The notes: generated by a model from the letters alone, not told the origin. A stretch of 64,000 nucleotides of DNA from an uncultured Clostridia bacterium (GCA_944393415.1 CALYAD010000028.1:9247-73246); one strand, 5' to 3'; shown: positions 45,018-55,433, counted from the stretch's first letter. Translations and numbers: made by a program.

Positions 45018-46328
45018 TCAGTTTATTACTTTGCGAAGAAAATCCTCTCCGTCCGAGTCCGCAAACTCTATTTTGATGTTAAGCGACTCCGACAGCTCCT
45101 GCGGTGTCATTCCGTCCAGAAACAGATCTCCCTCCGCTCTGAGCATAACGCGCGGCAGCAAAAGCTTTTCTCCAAGCCTTCCGCTTTGCGAGTACGGCAA
45201 AAGCTGCTCATATATGTCCTTTCCCGTAAGCAGACCCGCGACAGTTATGCTTTTACCGAAAAAATTATTAATTATTTTGTATACATTGACCGTAAGCCCC
45301 TCTGACACAGCCGTCGCCTTAACCGCAAGCTCCCGTATGAAATCATACGCGGCACAGCCTGTAGCGACAGACACGGTCCTTTTACGCGGATCAGTATTAT
45401 GAATATTTTCCGCCGCTATATCAAACTCGGTTTTCATCGAAGTCAGCATCCCGACGCCGTTTTCTATCTGCGGATATCCTTCATAAAAGTCATCGTCCGG
45501 GAGCTGTATCCCGCTTTTTACGTAAAATTCGTCTCCGCAATAAAATATTCTGCTTCCATGCTCTTTTACGCACCTATCGCCGAACCGAGTCACCTGACGT
45601 ATGATTTCCGCGCAATCGTCTTCGCTGAACGCTTCAAGCGGGAAAAGGTTTTCTCTGTACCGCGTCATTCCCGCAGGTACGATCGATACGCTTACGACCG
45701 AAGGATACAGCTTTTCAAGCTCTATCATACTGTATTCAAGCTCATCCCCGTCATTTATCCCCTTACAAAGCACTATCTGACAGTTCAACTCTATTCCGGA
45801 ATCCGCAAGCTCCTTAAGATATTTAAGCGTCTCTCCCGCGCGTTTGTTTTTCATCATGCTTATTCTGAGACTCGGATTCATGGTATGCACCGAAACATTG
45901 ACGGGGCTTATGCGCATTTTTATTATACGCTGTATATCGTAATCGCTCAGATTTGTCAGCGTTATATAGTTGCCCATCAGAAACGACAGCCTTGAATCGT
46001 CGTCCTTGAAATAAAGCGATTCTCTCATTCCCTTGGGTAATTGGTCAATAAAACAGAAAATGCACCGGTTCCGGCAGGAGTGCTTCTCATCCATAAGATA
46101 AGTCTCAAACTCCAATCCGATATCGGCGTACATTTCTTTTTGTATAGCTACATTGTAAAATACACCGTCACGCTCAAGAGACAATTCCGCTTTTCTGTCC
46201 GCCAGATAAAAGCGATAGTCGAGCACATCTCTTATCTCATTGCCGTTTACAGTGTGAAGTTTGTCCCCGGTCTTTATTCCTTTTTTTTCGGCTATCGAAC
46301 CGGGAACAATTCTAAACACGGTTACCAC
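45018..46328 (-). CDS. DUF512 radical SAM protein with N-terminal PDZ domain
   Basis: PDZ-like N-terminus (GSIAEKKGIKTGDKLHTVNGNEI) and CRNRCIFCFIDQ. Its position upstream of der is conserved, as I recall for Firmicutes. Confidence 0.8.
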   Translation of the reverse strand: MVTVFRIVPGSIAEKKGIKTGDKLHTVNGNEIRDVLDYRFYLADRKAELSLERDGVFYNVAIQKEMYADIGLEFETYLMDEKHSCRNRCIFCFIDQLPKGMRESLYFKDDDSRLSFLMGNYITLTNLSDYDIQRIIKMRISPVNVSVHTMNPSLRISMMKNKRAGETLKYLKELADSGIELNCQIVLCKGINDGDELEYSMIELEKLYPSVVSVSIVPAGMTRYRENLFPLEAFSEDDCAEIIRQVTRFGDRCVKEHGSRIFYCGDEFYVKSGIQLPDDDFYEGYPQIENGVGMLTSMKTEFDIAAENIHNTDPRKRTVSVATGCAAYDFIRELAVKATAVSEGLTVNVYKIINNFFGKSITVAGLLTGKDIYEQLLPYSQSGRLGEKLLLPRVMLRAEGDLFLDGMTPQELSESLNIKIEFADSDGEDFLRKVIN

Positions 46329-46356
46329 TTCGGATAACTTCTCCCTTCGCGCGCGA

Positions 46357-46545
46357 TCACTGAGCCGCTTTTATAAGCTCTTTTCCCTTGTACGCACCGC
46401 ACTTCCTGCAAACTCTGTGTGTAAGATTATACTCACCGCACTTACACTGAACCATGCTGGGCATATCAAGCTTCCACACACTTGAACGACGTTTGTCGCG
46501 TCTCGCCTTTGAAACCTTACGCTTCGGTACTGCCATTTTTGCCAC
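46357..46545 (-). CDS. rpmF: 50S ribosomal protein L32
   Basis: MAVPKRKVSKARRDKRRS and the C..C...C..C zinc ribbon. The true start is probably the ATG at 46536. Confidence 0.92.
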   Translation of the reverse strand: MAKMAVPKRKVSKARRDKRRSSVWKLDMPSMVQCKCGEYNLTHRVCRKCGAYKGKELIKAAQ

Positions 46546-46651
46546 ACCTCCTGTTTATACGTGCCTCTCCGTTTCCGGTATCGGCAGATACATCTTTTAT
46601 ATAATGAACGCTCTGCGCGGTCATTTCAAATATCGACCTCTCCGACGTACG

Positions 46652-47149
46652 TTATTTATCCCTCAGAGATTTAAGAATGTCCCATCTCGGATCCGTCCGT
46701 TTTACCACGCAGCCGCAATCCTTTTCGTTTTTATCGCAGCCGCACACGGGACAAAGCCCTTTGCAGTCCTCTTTGCACAGAGACCTGTATGGTAATGAAA
46801 GTAAAAGCTCCTCTGTTACCGCCCGGTCAATATTAACCGTTCCGCTATCGTCAATGAGAAGATACTCCTCATCCTCGTTTTCGGATTCAAGCTTAACGGC
46901 CAGCGGTCTGGAAAAACTTATGTTGCATGTCCCGGAAAGCTTTTTCAGACATCTTGCGCACTCTGTCTCATATTCCACGCGGCATTCGGCGTCAAGAATC
47001 ATAAGACCGCCTCTGTCAGTCACAGCTCCGCTGACATATACAGGCTTGTATATCCTGTAACTGTTTTTATTATATTCTAACGGTATTTCAAAAGAAAAAT
47101 CAAGCTTTGAGTTACTTCCGGAAAGCAGTGGTCTGACATCTATATCCAC
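46652..47149 (-). CDS. yceD: YceD (DUF177) family protein
   Basis: C-terminal CKEDCKGLCPVCGCDKNEKDCGC, positioned directly upstream of rpmF. The likely GTG start at 47149 follows AAGGAGGG; the track ORF begins at a TTG (47191) only about 9 nt from the predicted transcription start. Confidence 0.85.
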   Translation of the reverse strand: MDIDVRPLLSGSNSKLDFSFEIPLEYNKNSYRIYKPVYVSGAVTDRGGLMILDAECRVEYETECARCLKKLSGTCNISFSRPLAVKLESENEDEEYLLIDDSGTVNIDRAVTEELLLSLPYRSLCKEDCKGLCPVCGCDKNEKDCGCVVKRTDPRWDILKSLRDK

Positions 47150-47206
47150 TCCTCGCCTTCCCTCCTTGATCGGTAAATTGATATTACACAAGACATTATT
47201 TGTTTC

Positions 47207-47235
47207 ATTATATACTATTTTATATTATTTGTCAA
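47207..47235 (-). promoter_or_regulatory. sigma-A promoter of the yceD-rpmF operon
   Basis: Minus strand TTGACA (47235-47230), a 17-nt spacer, TATAAT (47212-47207). Confidence 0.8.
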
Positions 47236-47296
47236 TATGTTTTTTTATTTTTTACAATTCACAAGCATTTTTTTAATAACATTATACTTAAATCGC

Positions 47297-47333
47297 TTTA
47301 AAAAGCAAGGGTTACCGCTTGAAGCGGTAACCC
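47297..47333 (-). terminator. intrinsic terminator after the lipoprotein gene
   Basis: Minus strand GGGTTACCGC ttcaa GCGGTAACCC followed by TTGCTTTTT. Confidence 0.8.
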
Positions 47334-47438
47334 TCAACGTGCATGAGCGGTCCGTTATCCGAAAAGCACCGACAAACGCAAACTGCGTTAGACTGTACTT
47401 CTTTCATAACCGTTTCCCGTTTAATCCGACAAAACGCG

Positions 47439-48875
47439 TCAAGCGTTATTATACGCCTCGAGAACCTCATTCGTCTGAAGCTTTCCGAGCAGCCAGTTAT
47501 CCGCCGCGAGAAGCTTTTCGGATTCTGTCATCGTGTCGCACGGCTTAAGTATGAACATATTTCCCGTGTACATGGGATTCATTATATATCTGTCTCCCTC
47601 CGTGCCGGTAAGATATACGGTTCCGTCACGTCCCTCTGTGTAATGAACGTTCTCAACGCCGTACTGGAAGATATTGCGAAACTCCGAATCCGTGTTGATA
47701 AGGGTAAGGATCTGAAGGCATCTTGAAAGTCTGTCAGTCGTACTGTTCACTGTGTTGCTGATGCAGAACATGGACTGGCAGAGATCAATCGGCAGCAACT
47801 CAGATACGCTTCTCACGTAAACGTCAAAAATTCCGGATTCCGAAGCAAGCTGCTCAACCGCCTTATCACCGTTTATAATAGCGATCGCGACCTGATTGCC
47901 TCCCCTTATATACTGACTGAATTCTTCATACGAGGAGAAGGTTCGCTCTATCTCCACTCCCTCAAGCTCACCGTTTTCCTGCATTACGCTAAGCTCGGCC
48001 TTAAGTCCTCTCAGCGCCGGGCAATCAACTACTTGGATCGAACCGTTGGGAAGCTCCTGCTCAATCTGGGGCTGCGCGAGATCTGATTTATCCTCCGCCG
48101 AGAAGAGCGGATCCACGTATGTCTTGTTGAACAATATATACTCATAGCTTCCGTAAACATAGTTGTTCGGTATACCGTAATAATCAAGCACACGGTTTGT
48201 AGGATTGTTCATTGTCTGATAAGTAGCTAACTCTAAATAGCTGAGAGCCTCCGCGTATGCATTTGACTTCAGTGTGGAAAAAGTTCCGCTGTCTATAGAG
48301 CTTTTAAGCGGAGCAAGCGCCATCGCGTTATAAAGCACGTTCAGCATACCGTTATTGGCGATAGCCGGATTATAATATTCCGAATCAGGGTTAAGTGTTT
48401 CGGAATCGGCGGGCGGGTTATATACCAAAAATATATCCAGGCTCGCTCCCGTAACATCGCTCGGTATCTGGGTTGCCACCCGTACTCCATCCACCTTTGA
48501 AAAATCAACGGTCTTTATTAAATTTTTCTCTTCTTCACTGAGATTTGTATCATTCTGTCTCTGTGTCACATATGTATTCATTGCCGTCTGTGTTTTGTTG
48601 AAGAGAATTGCGGCGTACTCCCTCTCCGGGAAAAGATGCAGGTCTATCGTGGTGTTATACTTATTCACCGCGATTTCGGTCAAAGCCTCCTCCACTCTCA
48701 GGATTGCCGCCTCTGTAGTGGAGTCGTCGGTGATCCCGTATATGTGAATAGTCATAGGATCCTGTTTCGCTTCGGGGTCATCTATAAAAAAATCACCCTC
48801 GTCGCACGAAGTAAACGCGAATGTCGTTAACAGCATCACCAGACACAATGCCAATGACATTATCCTTTTTTTCAT
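47439..48875 (-). CDS. lipoprotein, possibly an extracellular solute-binding-protein-like fold
   Basis: Lipobox TFAFTSC. 478 aa. The composition and N-terminal beta-alpha pattern resemble large sugar-binding lipoproteins, but there is no adjacent permease or ATPase. Confidence 0.45.
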   Translation of the reverse strand: MKKRIMSLALCLVMLLTTFAFTSCDEGDFFIDDPEAKQDPMTIHIYGITDDSTTEAAILRVEEALTEIAVNKYNTTIDLHLFPEREYAAILFNKTQTAMNTYVTQRQNDTNLSEEEKNLIKTVDFSKVDGVRVATQIPSDVTGASLDIFLVYNPPADSETLNPDSEYYNPAIANNGMLNVLYNAMALAPLKSSIDSGTFSTLKSNAYAEALSYLELATYQTMNNPTNRVLDYYGIPNNYVYGSYEYILFNKTYVDPLFSAEDKSDLAQPQIEQELPNGSIQVVDCPALRGLKAELSVMQENGELEGVEIERTFSSYEEFSQYIRGGNQVAIAIINGDKAVEQLASESGIFDVYVRSVSELLPIDLCQSMFCISNTVNSTTDRLSRCLQILTLINTDSEFRNIFQYGVENVHYTEGRDGTVYLTGTEGDRYIMNPMYTGNMFILKPCDTMTESEKLLAADNWLLGKLQTNEVLEAYNNA

Positions 48876-49146
48876 ATTTTGAAAAACCCTCCTTAGTTTT
48901 ATAATGGGTATGACAGTTTATACTTTATTTTACTACTTTTAAGACCGAATGTCAAGTGAAATTTTGAGAATACACGTGCGGCTTTTGACGTTTCCACTGT
49001 GATTTTTGTACTTATATTCCTCTTGTTTTGTCAGATACCAACAAAGCATTCCGAGTTTTTTTGTGCATAATGACGTTTATTTTCTATATTCTGCACAAAA
49101 CCATTCGATAAAAATTAGTCAACCAGCCCATCTTAAAATTTACAAT

Positions 49147-50238
49147 TCAGTCAAGATAATCTTTCAGCCTCTTAGACCTGCTCGGATGACGAAGCTTCCT
49201 CAGAGCCTTTGCTTCTATCTGACGGATTCGCTCGCGGGTTATATTAAATACTTTTCCCACTTCCTCAAGAGTACGCGGTCTTCCGTCCTCAAGCCCGAAC
49301 CTGAGCGTAAGTACCTGTTCCTCTCTTGGTGTAAGCGTGCGAAGCACTTCTATAAGCTGTTCTCTCAGCATGCTCTGCGACGCGGCCTCGGACGGAGCCG
49401 GAGAATCGTCATCCGGAATAAAATCACCCAGATGACTGTCCTCTTCCTCGCCTATAGGAGTTTCGAGGGATACCGGATCCTGAGCTATTTTCATGATCTC
49501 CCTCACCTTTTCGGGAGACATGTTAATGGCCTTTGAGATCTCTTCCGCGGTAGGCTCCTTACCGTTTTCCTGAAGCAGCTGTCTCGAAACTCTCGATACC
49601 TTATGAATGGTCTCCACCATGTGTACCGGTATCCTTATCGTTCTCGCCTGATCCGCGATGGCGCGCGTAATAGCCTGACGTATCCACCAAGTGGCGTAGG
49701 TAGAAAACTTATATCCCTTATGATAATCGAATTTATCAACCGCTTTCATAAGACCGAGGTTGCCTTCCTGGATTAGATCGAGGAAAAACATCCCTTTTCC
49801 CACATATCTTTTAGCAATACTGACTACCAAACGAAGATTCGCTTCCACAAGCCGCTGCTTCGCCTTTTCATCTCCGTGCGCCATCTTTTCCGCAAGCTCC
49901 AGCTCATCGTCGAGCCTGAGAAGCGGAACACGACCGATCTCCTTAAGATACATCCTGACCGGATCGTCGATAATAAGTCCCTCCTGAAGCAGCGCCTGCT
50001 CCATATCCTCCGGGGAATCGAACTGCTCAAGCTCATTCTCTATGTCCTTGAGATCAGCAACGTCCATGAAACCGGTGACCTCTACGCCATTGCTTTCAAG
50101 CGTTTCGTATATTTTTTCTATCTGATCGATGTCAAACTCTTCGTCCTCTATCGCCTCAAGTATCTCGCTCTGAGAAAGAGCCCCCTTGGCTTTACCCTTT
50201 TCTATAAGCTCCTGAATGTCAAATTTTTTATCGCTCAT
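49147..50238 (-). CDS. rpoD: RNA polymerase primary sigma factor
   Basis: Region 2 ([19 protein letters not shown]), region 3, and region 4.2 ([30 protein letters not shown]). Confidence 0.95.
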   Translation of the reverse strand: MSDKKFDIQELIEKGKAKGALSQSEILEAIEDEEFDIDQIEKIYETLESNGVEVTGFMDVADLKDIENELEQFDSPEDMEQALLQEGLIIDDPVRMYLKEIGRVPLLRLDDELELAEKMAHGDEKAKQRLVEANLRLVVSIAKRYVGKGMFFLDLIQEGNLGLMKAVDKFDYHKGYKFSTYATWWIRQAITRAIADQARTIRIPVHMVETIHKVSRVSRQLLQENGKEPTAEEISKAINMSPEKVREIMKIAQDPVSLETPIGEEEDSHLGDFIPDDDSPAPSEAASQSMLREQLIEVLRTLTPREEQVLTLRFGLEDGRPRTLEEVGKVFNITRERIRQIEAKALRKLRHPSRSKRLKDYLD

Positions 50239-50300
50239 CTGCTGTTCCTTTCAAACCGGTATCTTTTCAATTCTTTTATTTTATGAATTATTGCCTTTAT

Positions 50301-52076
50301 TTATTCTTTTTCCTTTTTTGCACTTTGTCCCGCCAGCTTTGCCGATATAAGCTTCTCTATATCCTTCTCCTCCTCCGCGTGCAGCGAACGCAGAGCGGTG
50401 ATATTATCATAAAAGACCTCGTCTGAAGCCGAATCAAGCCCCTCGCGCTTAAGCTGCATTTCATATATCCTGCTCATTTCCTCACAGCTGAATTCCGCTC
50501 CGAGCGCTCCGACATCCGTCGTTCCCTCCGAATACAGTTTCTTCAGCGCCGTGAAAACACGACGGTTAAACGTCGTTATAAAATCCTCATCCTTAAGCGG
50601 CGGATCGCTTCCGAGAGTCTGAGAGAGGCGTTCGGGATGAAGCATCATGATACCAAGCAGCGCCTCCTCAGCCGCTGCCGCCCTTGGGTTTGCCGCGTGC
50701 TCCGGATTTATTCTGTCACCTATCCCCAGGGCCTTGTTCCTCAGTCTTTTTTCAAAATTTCCGCTTTCCGCGGTATTGCGTTTCCTGACCTGTTTTTTTA
50801 TCTCGCTTTCAAGACTCTCCTTTGAAAGTCCGAGTGCCGCCGCCGTCTTCTCGGTATAAAGCTCTCTTTCGACAGCCGAGTAGATGCCGCCTATCTGCTC
50901 GCAAAGCTCTGAAGCGGCTCGTATTTTCCCGCTATCAGTATTAATATCGTATTTAGTCAGAACGTTTCTCAGCATAAAATCAAACTTTGTTTCACTTTCC
51001 GATAGAAGTCGCCGAAAAGCGTCCTGCCCAAAGGTCTTTATGTACTCATCCGGGTCCTTTGCGTCCTTTATCCTGAGTATCCTCACCTCAAGACCCGCGT
51101 CGCCGAGAAGTCTCGACGCCCTGTCCGCCGCCGCGCGTCCTGCCCCGTCGTTATCATACGCTATTACCACTTTTTCGGTATAACGCTTCATCAGACGCGC
51201 CTGCTCCTGCGTCAGCGATGTGCCGAGCGTCGCCACGGCGTTTCTGAATCCCGCCGCATGCATCGAGATGACATCCATATATCCTTCGCAGAGTATAAGC
51301 TCCTTCTGACACTCCGTACGCGCGAAGTTCAGCGCAAACAGGTTTCTGCCTTTATTGAAAGCCGGTGTCTCCGGCGTGTTCAGATATTTCGGGTTCGAAT
51401 TATCCATTACCCGTCCTCCGAAGCCTATAACCTGTCCCGCCGTGTCTATTATGGGAAACATCACTCTGTTTCTGAAATACGGGAACATTCCCCTATCGCT
51501 TTTCCCGAGCAGCATCGCCCCATGCATTTCTTCCTCGGTATATCCGAGTTTTTTCAGATGATCCGCTACCTCATAGCCGCGTTTTCCGGAATACCCAAGA
51601 CCGAACCTGTTCACGGTTTCCCGTCTCAGCCCTCTTTTTATCAGATAAGCCTTAGCCTCATCTGATGAAAGCAGCAGCGTTCTGAAAAAACGGGCGGCCT
51701 CCCTGTTCAATTCAAGTATGCGGCTTTTTCGTATCCCGTAATTCCCGTTTTCGTTATCCTCAGGTATTTTTACACCGCAGCGCGCGGCAAGAAATCTCAG
51801 CGCCTCAGGGTAATCAAGATTCTCTATACGCCGCACGAACGTCACCACGTCTCCCGCCGCAGCGCATCCGAAGCAGTAAAAGCTCTGAGTACCGGTAAAC
51901 ACCGTAAAGGACGGCGTTTTTTCACTGTGGAAAGGACATAGTCCCTGCATATGGGAGCCGGACCGCTTAAGAGTAACATAAGCTGATATCACGTCGGCTA
52001 TATCGTTTTTTGCCTTGATCTCCTCGATTATGTTGTCAGGTATCAATTTTAGTCCGCCCTCCTTCCTTATGATCAT
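50301..52076 (-). CDS. dnaG: DNA primase
   Basis: Zinc-binding CPFHSEKTPSFTV...CFGCAAAGDVVTF and a TOPRIM core (ILCEGYMDVIS, YDNDGAGR). The start ATG overlaps the dgt stop (ATGA). Confidence 0.93.
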   Translation of the reverse strand: MIIRKEGGLKLIPDNIIEEIKAKNDIADVISAYVTLKRSGSHMQGLCPFHSEKTPSFTVFTGTQSFYCFGCAAAGDVVTFVRRIENLDYPEALRFLAARCGVKIPEDNENGNYGIRKSRILELNREAARFFRTLLLSSDEAKAYLIKRGLRRETVNRFGLGYSGKRGYEVADHLKKLGYTEEEMHGAMLLGKSDRGMFPYFRNRVMFPIIDTAGQVIGFGGRVMDNSNPKYLNTPETPAFNKGRNLFALNFARTECQKELILCEGYMDVISMHAAGFRNAVATLGTSLTQEQARLMKRYTEKVVIAYDNDGAGRAAADRASRLLGDAGLEVRILRIKDAKDPDEYIKTFGQDAFRRLLSESETKFDFMLRNVLTKYDINTDSGKIRAASELCEQIGGIYSAVERELYTEKTAAALGLSKESLESEIKKQVRKRNTAESGNFEKRLRNKALGIGDRINPEHAANPRAAAAEEALLGIMMLHPERLSQTLGSDPPLKDEDFITTFNRRVFTALKKLYSEGTTDVGALGAEFSCEEMSRIYEMQLKREGLDSASDEVFYDNITALRSLHAEEEKDIEKLISAKLAGQSAKKEKE

Positions 52077-53104
52077 AACGAAGGAAGCAGCTTATTCCCC
52101 TCGTTCCACATTTTCGGTAAAAATATCTGTCTGTACAACGTCACCGCGTAACGATCCGTCATACCCGCAATATAATCGCACACGACTCTCGCCGTCTCCT
52201 CGGTGTCCAGCCATTTTTTCTGTTCGTCCGGCATTTTATCGGGATGCTCAAGAAAGAAAACGTACAGCCTGCCAAGAAGCTCCTCCGCCTTTCCTTCCTC
52301 TCCCTTCGCTACCGGGTTTGTATAAACGCTCTCAAACAAAAACTCCCTGAGCCTGCTCATCGCCTGCCATATACTGTCCTCCATACAGATATCCGGAGTG
52401 TCCGCGCTTGCGCGTATGACGCTCCGCGTCATGGTATCTATACGGCTGCCATGGGAAGAACCGAGTATCCTTCTGAGCTCCTTCGGGATATCCTCCTCGG
52501 ACAATATACCGGCCCGGCAGGCATCGTCTATATCATGGTTTATGTAAGCTATACGGTCGGCAAAAAACACTATCCGTCCCTCCGGAGTCGAAGCCTTTTC
52601 TCCGCCTCCGGTATGGTGAAGTATACCGTCTCTTACTTCCGCCGTCAGATTTAACCCCTTACCGCCGTTTTCCAGCTTTTCCACTACTCTCAGACTCTGC
52701 TCGTTATGCTTGAAATCAGGACTGTATACACGACGCAGCAGCCTTTCCCCCGCGTGACCAAACGGAGTATGCCCGAGGTCATGACCGAGCGCCGCCGCCT
52801 CCGTCAGATCCTCATTTAGCCTGAGGGCCCTCGAAATCGTTCTCGCTATCTGTGTGACTTCAAGAGTATGCGTAAGCCTGGTTCTGTAATGATCCGCCTC
52901 CGGTGAAAGAAAAACCTGCGTTTTATGCATCAGACGTCTGAAGGCTTTACAATGGAGTATTCTGTCACGGTCCCGCTGAAATTCGGTTCTGATATCACAG
53001 GAGCGTATAGGATAGGAACGACCGGCGGTATCCGCGCTTTTGGTCGCAAACGGAGACAGCCACTCATTTTCCCGCTTTTCAAGCATTTCTCGTACGGTTT
53101 CCAT
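52073..53104 (-). CDS. dgt: dGTPase-like HD-domain triphosphohydrolase
   Basis: HRTRLTHTLEVTQIAR and LGHDLGHTPFGHAGE motifs. The start is uncertain: the ORF extends to 53173, with candidate ATGs at 53116 and 53104. Confidence 0.85.
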   Translation of the reverse strand: METVREMLEKRENEWLSPFATKSADTAGRSYPIRSCDIRTEFQRDRDRILHCKAFRRLMHKTQVFLSPEADHYRTRLTHTLEVTQIARTISRALRLNEDLTEAAALGHDLGHTPFGHAGERLLRRVYSPDFKHNEQSLRVVEKLENGGKGLNLTAEVRDGILHHTGGGEKASTPEGRIVFFADRIAYINHDIDDACRAGILSEEDIPKELRRILGSSHGSRIDTMTRSVIRASADTPDICMEDSIWQAMSRLREFLFESVYTNPVAKGEEGKAEELLGRLYVFFLEHPDKMPDEQKKWLDTEETARVVCDYIAGMTDRYAVTLYRQIFLPKMWNEGNKLLPSL

Positions 53105-53231
53105 TGTTATGACCATTCCTTTCTGTGCGTTTTGAATTTGGTGAATACGCGCCGCAGACGACTTTAAGCACAAAAGATCTTAAATGCATCCTGCTCTCAT
53201 ATATATGCTCCTTCTACATATTAATATACGC

Positions 53232-53269
53232 AAAAAAGTCCGCAAATCCTTTTTTAGCGCGGACTTTTT
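53232..53269 (-). terminator. hairpin terminator with A/T runs on both sides, upstream of dgt
   Basis: AAAAAAGTCCGC (53232-53243) pairs with GCGGACTTTTT (53259-53269). Confidence 0.6.
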
Positions 53270-53301
53270 ATTAAACAGCGGCTCTGAAAGCGCCAAGCGG
53301 A

Positions 53302-53329
53302 TTTTATCAGAAAAGCTTTTCTGATAAAA
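53302..53329. repeat. 28-bp perfect palindrome TTTTATCAGAAAAGCTTTTCTGATAAAA
   Basis: Checked base by base; it is perfectly self-complementary around the central AGCT. Confidence 0.9.
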
Positions 53330-53605
53330 AATACGTATTTGGATCTGAGCAGACGGCTTTGTCACGCCGCCGTCTCCGACTTTTTCATACTTCCGAGGAG
53401 CTGAAAAAAAGCACCGCGGGTCTCTGAATTTTATTCCCGATAAAATTTTTCTGAAGTTTTATTGTAAGAAGCGAGGTTTATCGCGTCAAAACGCAGACGC
53501 TTTCACGCATAATTTTTTTGCGGAGCAAAACACGAAAATTTTTTATACCTGTTTGCGCCGCCTGAAGAATTGTGGAAAACAATAATGCACTCCTGAAAGA
53601 ATTTT

Positions 53606-54217
53606 TTACGCTGAATATCGGGTGCCCGTCATTTCAACGCTTACTCTCGCTCCGCATAGTTCGTTTATTTTATCGCACAAATACCGGTAGCTTTCCTCCT
53701 TTACCGCCCAGAAAAGAGTTACCTTATCAGAAAATTCCGAGCCGTCCTCCTTAACCGCGAGCTGTTCCCGCAGCGGTATAAGGCGCTGATAGTCCGAATA
53801 CGAGCATACTATCCTGAATTCCGTATATTGAGAGTATGTAACAACCCGAGCCGCTTTAACGGCGTCGCGGGCCGCCGCGCCGTACGCTCTGACAAGACCG
53901 CCGGCACCGAGCAGTATCCCGCCGAAATAACGTGTTACCACTATCGCCGCGTCTGTAAATCCGCCTTTTTGTATCACGCTGAGTATCGGTATTCCCGCCG
54001 TCCCCTGCGGTTCTCCGTCGTCGCTGTAACGCGCCGTTCCGTCAGAAAGCATGTACGCGTAGGTATTGTGTGTCGCGTCTCCGTATTTCCCGCGTATGGC
54101 GGAAACAAACGCCATTGCCTCTTCAACGCTCTTTACCGGACCGGCATTCCCGATAAATACCGACCTTTTCTCTGTAAACGTCGTCTCGGCCGCCTCTGAA
54201 AGGGTAATATATTCCAT
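53606..54217 (-). CDS. yigZ: YigZ / IMPACT-family protein
   Basis: 203 aa. KRSVFIGNAGPV...ATHNTYAY...DDGEPQGTAGIPIL matches the UPF0029 N-terminal domain. Confidence 0.85.
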   Translation of the reverse strand: MEYITLSEAAETTFTEKRSVFIGNAGPVKSVEEAMAFVSAIRGKYGDATHNTYAYMLSDGTARYSDDGEPQGTAGIPILSVIQKGGFTDAAIVVTRYFGGILLGAGGLVRAYGAAARDAVKAARVVTYSQYTEFRIVCSYSDYQRLIPLREQLAVKEDGSEFSDKVTLFWAVKEESYRYLCDKINELCGARVSVEMTGTRYSA

Positions 54218-54257
54218 TCTCCCTGTCCTCCGTTACGTACATTTTAGACTGTTATCT

Positions 54258-55391
54258 TTAAGAAACGATCTCGTCTATTCTTAAAAGCAGCTCGGGTATC
54301 CCCTGTCCCGTCAGCGAAGATATGCGAAAAACATCGCCGGGCTCGGAGCTTAGGGCCGCCTTGAACGCCGCCTCCTCAACATTCTCAGATACGTCGCATT
54401 TATTTAAAACGTACAGCACCTTTTTCCCATCCGCTCCGAGCTGTGAAAGCAGCTCCCGTGTCACCTCAGCATGACTCAGACATTCGCTGTCGGATGCGTC
54501 TGTAAGCATTAAAATAATATCGGCGTATCTGACTTCATCAAGCGTTGAGGCGAACGCTTTAATTAAATGGTGAGGGAGATTGCGTATAAATCCTACCGTA
54601 TCCGTAAGCAGCGCTGTTTTCCCGGACGGCAGACGAAGGCGTCTTGTTGTCGGGTCAAGAGTTGCGAATAATTTGTCCTCCGCAAGTATTCCCGCACCGG
54701 TCAGATAATTCATCAGTGTCGATTTTCCCGCGTTTGTATATCCCGCTATAGTTATACGCTTAAGACCGCTTTTATCGCGCTGGGCGCGCTGTGTGCGTCG
54801 ATTCTTGGCCATTTCCTCTATCTGCGCTTCGAGCGAGGCTATGCGTCTTTTGATGTATCTTCGGTCAGTCTCCAGCTTACTCTCGCCGGGACCTCTCGCC
54901 GCTATACTCGCGCTTCCTCCCTGACGCGAAAGCTCTCTTCCCTTTCCTATAAGTCTTGGTACCGTGTACTTAAGCTGGGCCAGCTCTACCTGCAGCTTAC
55001 CTTCCCCGCTTGCCGCATGCAGCGCGAAAATATCAAGAATAAGCATGCTTCGGTCGATCACCCGTATATCGTTTCCGAGAATATCCTCAAGATTTTTTAT
55101 CTGTGATGGGGAAAGCTCACAGTCAAAAACAACCAAGGTGATCTCAGCGTTAAGACAAAGCTCCCGCAGCTCCCTGACCTTGCCGGAACCTATATATGTC
55201 GCCGGATCGGGCCTATCCTTAGACTGTATAACACGCGCGGCAACCTCCCCTCCCGCAGTCTCGGTCAGTCTCCATAACTCGTCAAGCGACGCCATCGCGG
55301 AACGCTCGTCCTTATCTGTCATCAGTTTTACAAGCGCCACTCTCTCAGGAGAATCTCCGTTAAAATATGAATCTGTTTTATTCTTTGCCAT
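54258..55391 (-). CDS. hflX: GTPase HflX
   Basis: The HflX N-terminal domain (ATYIGSGKVRELRE) precedes a G domain (GYTNAGKSTLMN, DTVGFI, NKCD). Confidence 0.92.
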   Translation of the reverse strand: MAKNKTDSYFNGDSPERVALVKLMTDKDERSAMASLDELWRLTETAGGEVAARVIQSKDRPDPATYIGSGKVRELRELCLNAEITLVVFDCELSPSQIKNLEDILGNDIRVIDRSMLILDIFALHAASGEGKLQVELAQLKYTVPRLIGKGRELSRQGGSASIAARGPGESKLETDRRYIKRRIASLEAQIEEMAKNRRTQRAQRDKSGLKRITIAGYTNAGKSTLMNYLTGAGILAEDKLFATLDPTTRRLRLPSGKTALLTDTVGFIRNLPHHLIKAFASTLDEVRYADIILMLTDASDSECLSHAEVTRELLSQLGADGKKVLYVLNKCDVSENVEEAAFKAALSSEPGDVFRISSLTGQGIPELLLRIDEIVS

Positions 55392-55433
55392 TTTTAATAT
55401 TCCCGACCCTCCAAAATCTCTTTTAAAATACGC

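Noticed and set aside
45399-45995. 198-aa plus-strand ORF
   Set aside because: It is antisense to the DUF512 radical SAM gene. Its Tyr/Phe/Arg-rich shadow translation has no motifs.
49053-49098. Hairpin TTTTGTGCA...TGCACAAAA downstream of rpoD as a terminator
   Set aside because: It has a 24-nt loop and no U-tract on the minus strand, so the evidence for an intrinsic terminator is weak.
53180-53365. 61-aa minus-strand ORF in the yigZ-dgt gap
   Set aside because: It spans the terminator hairpin and the 28-bp palindrome, with no SD. It is most likely non-coding.
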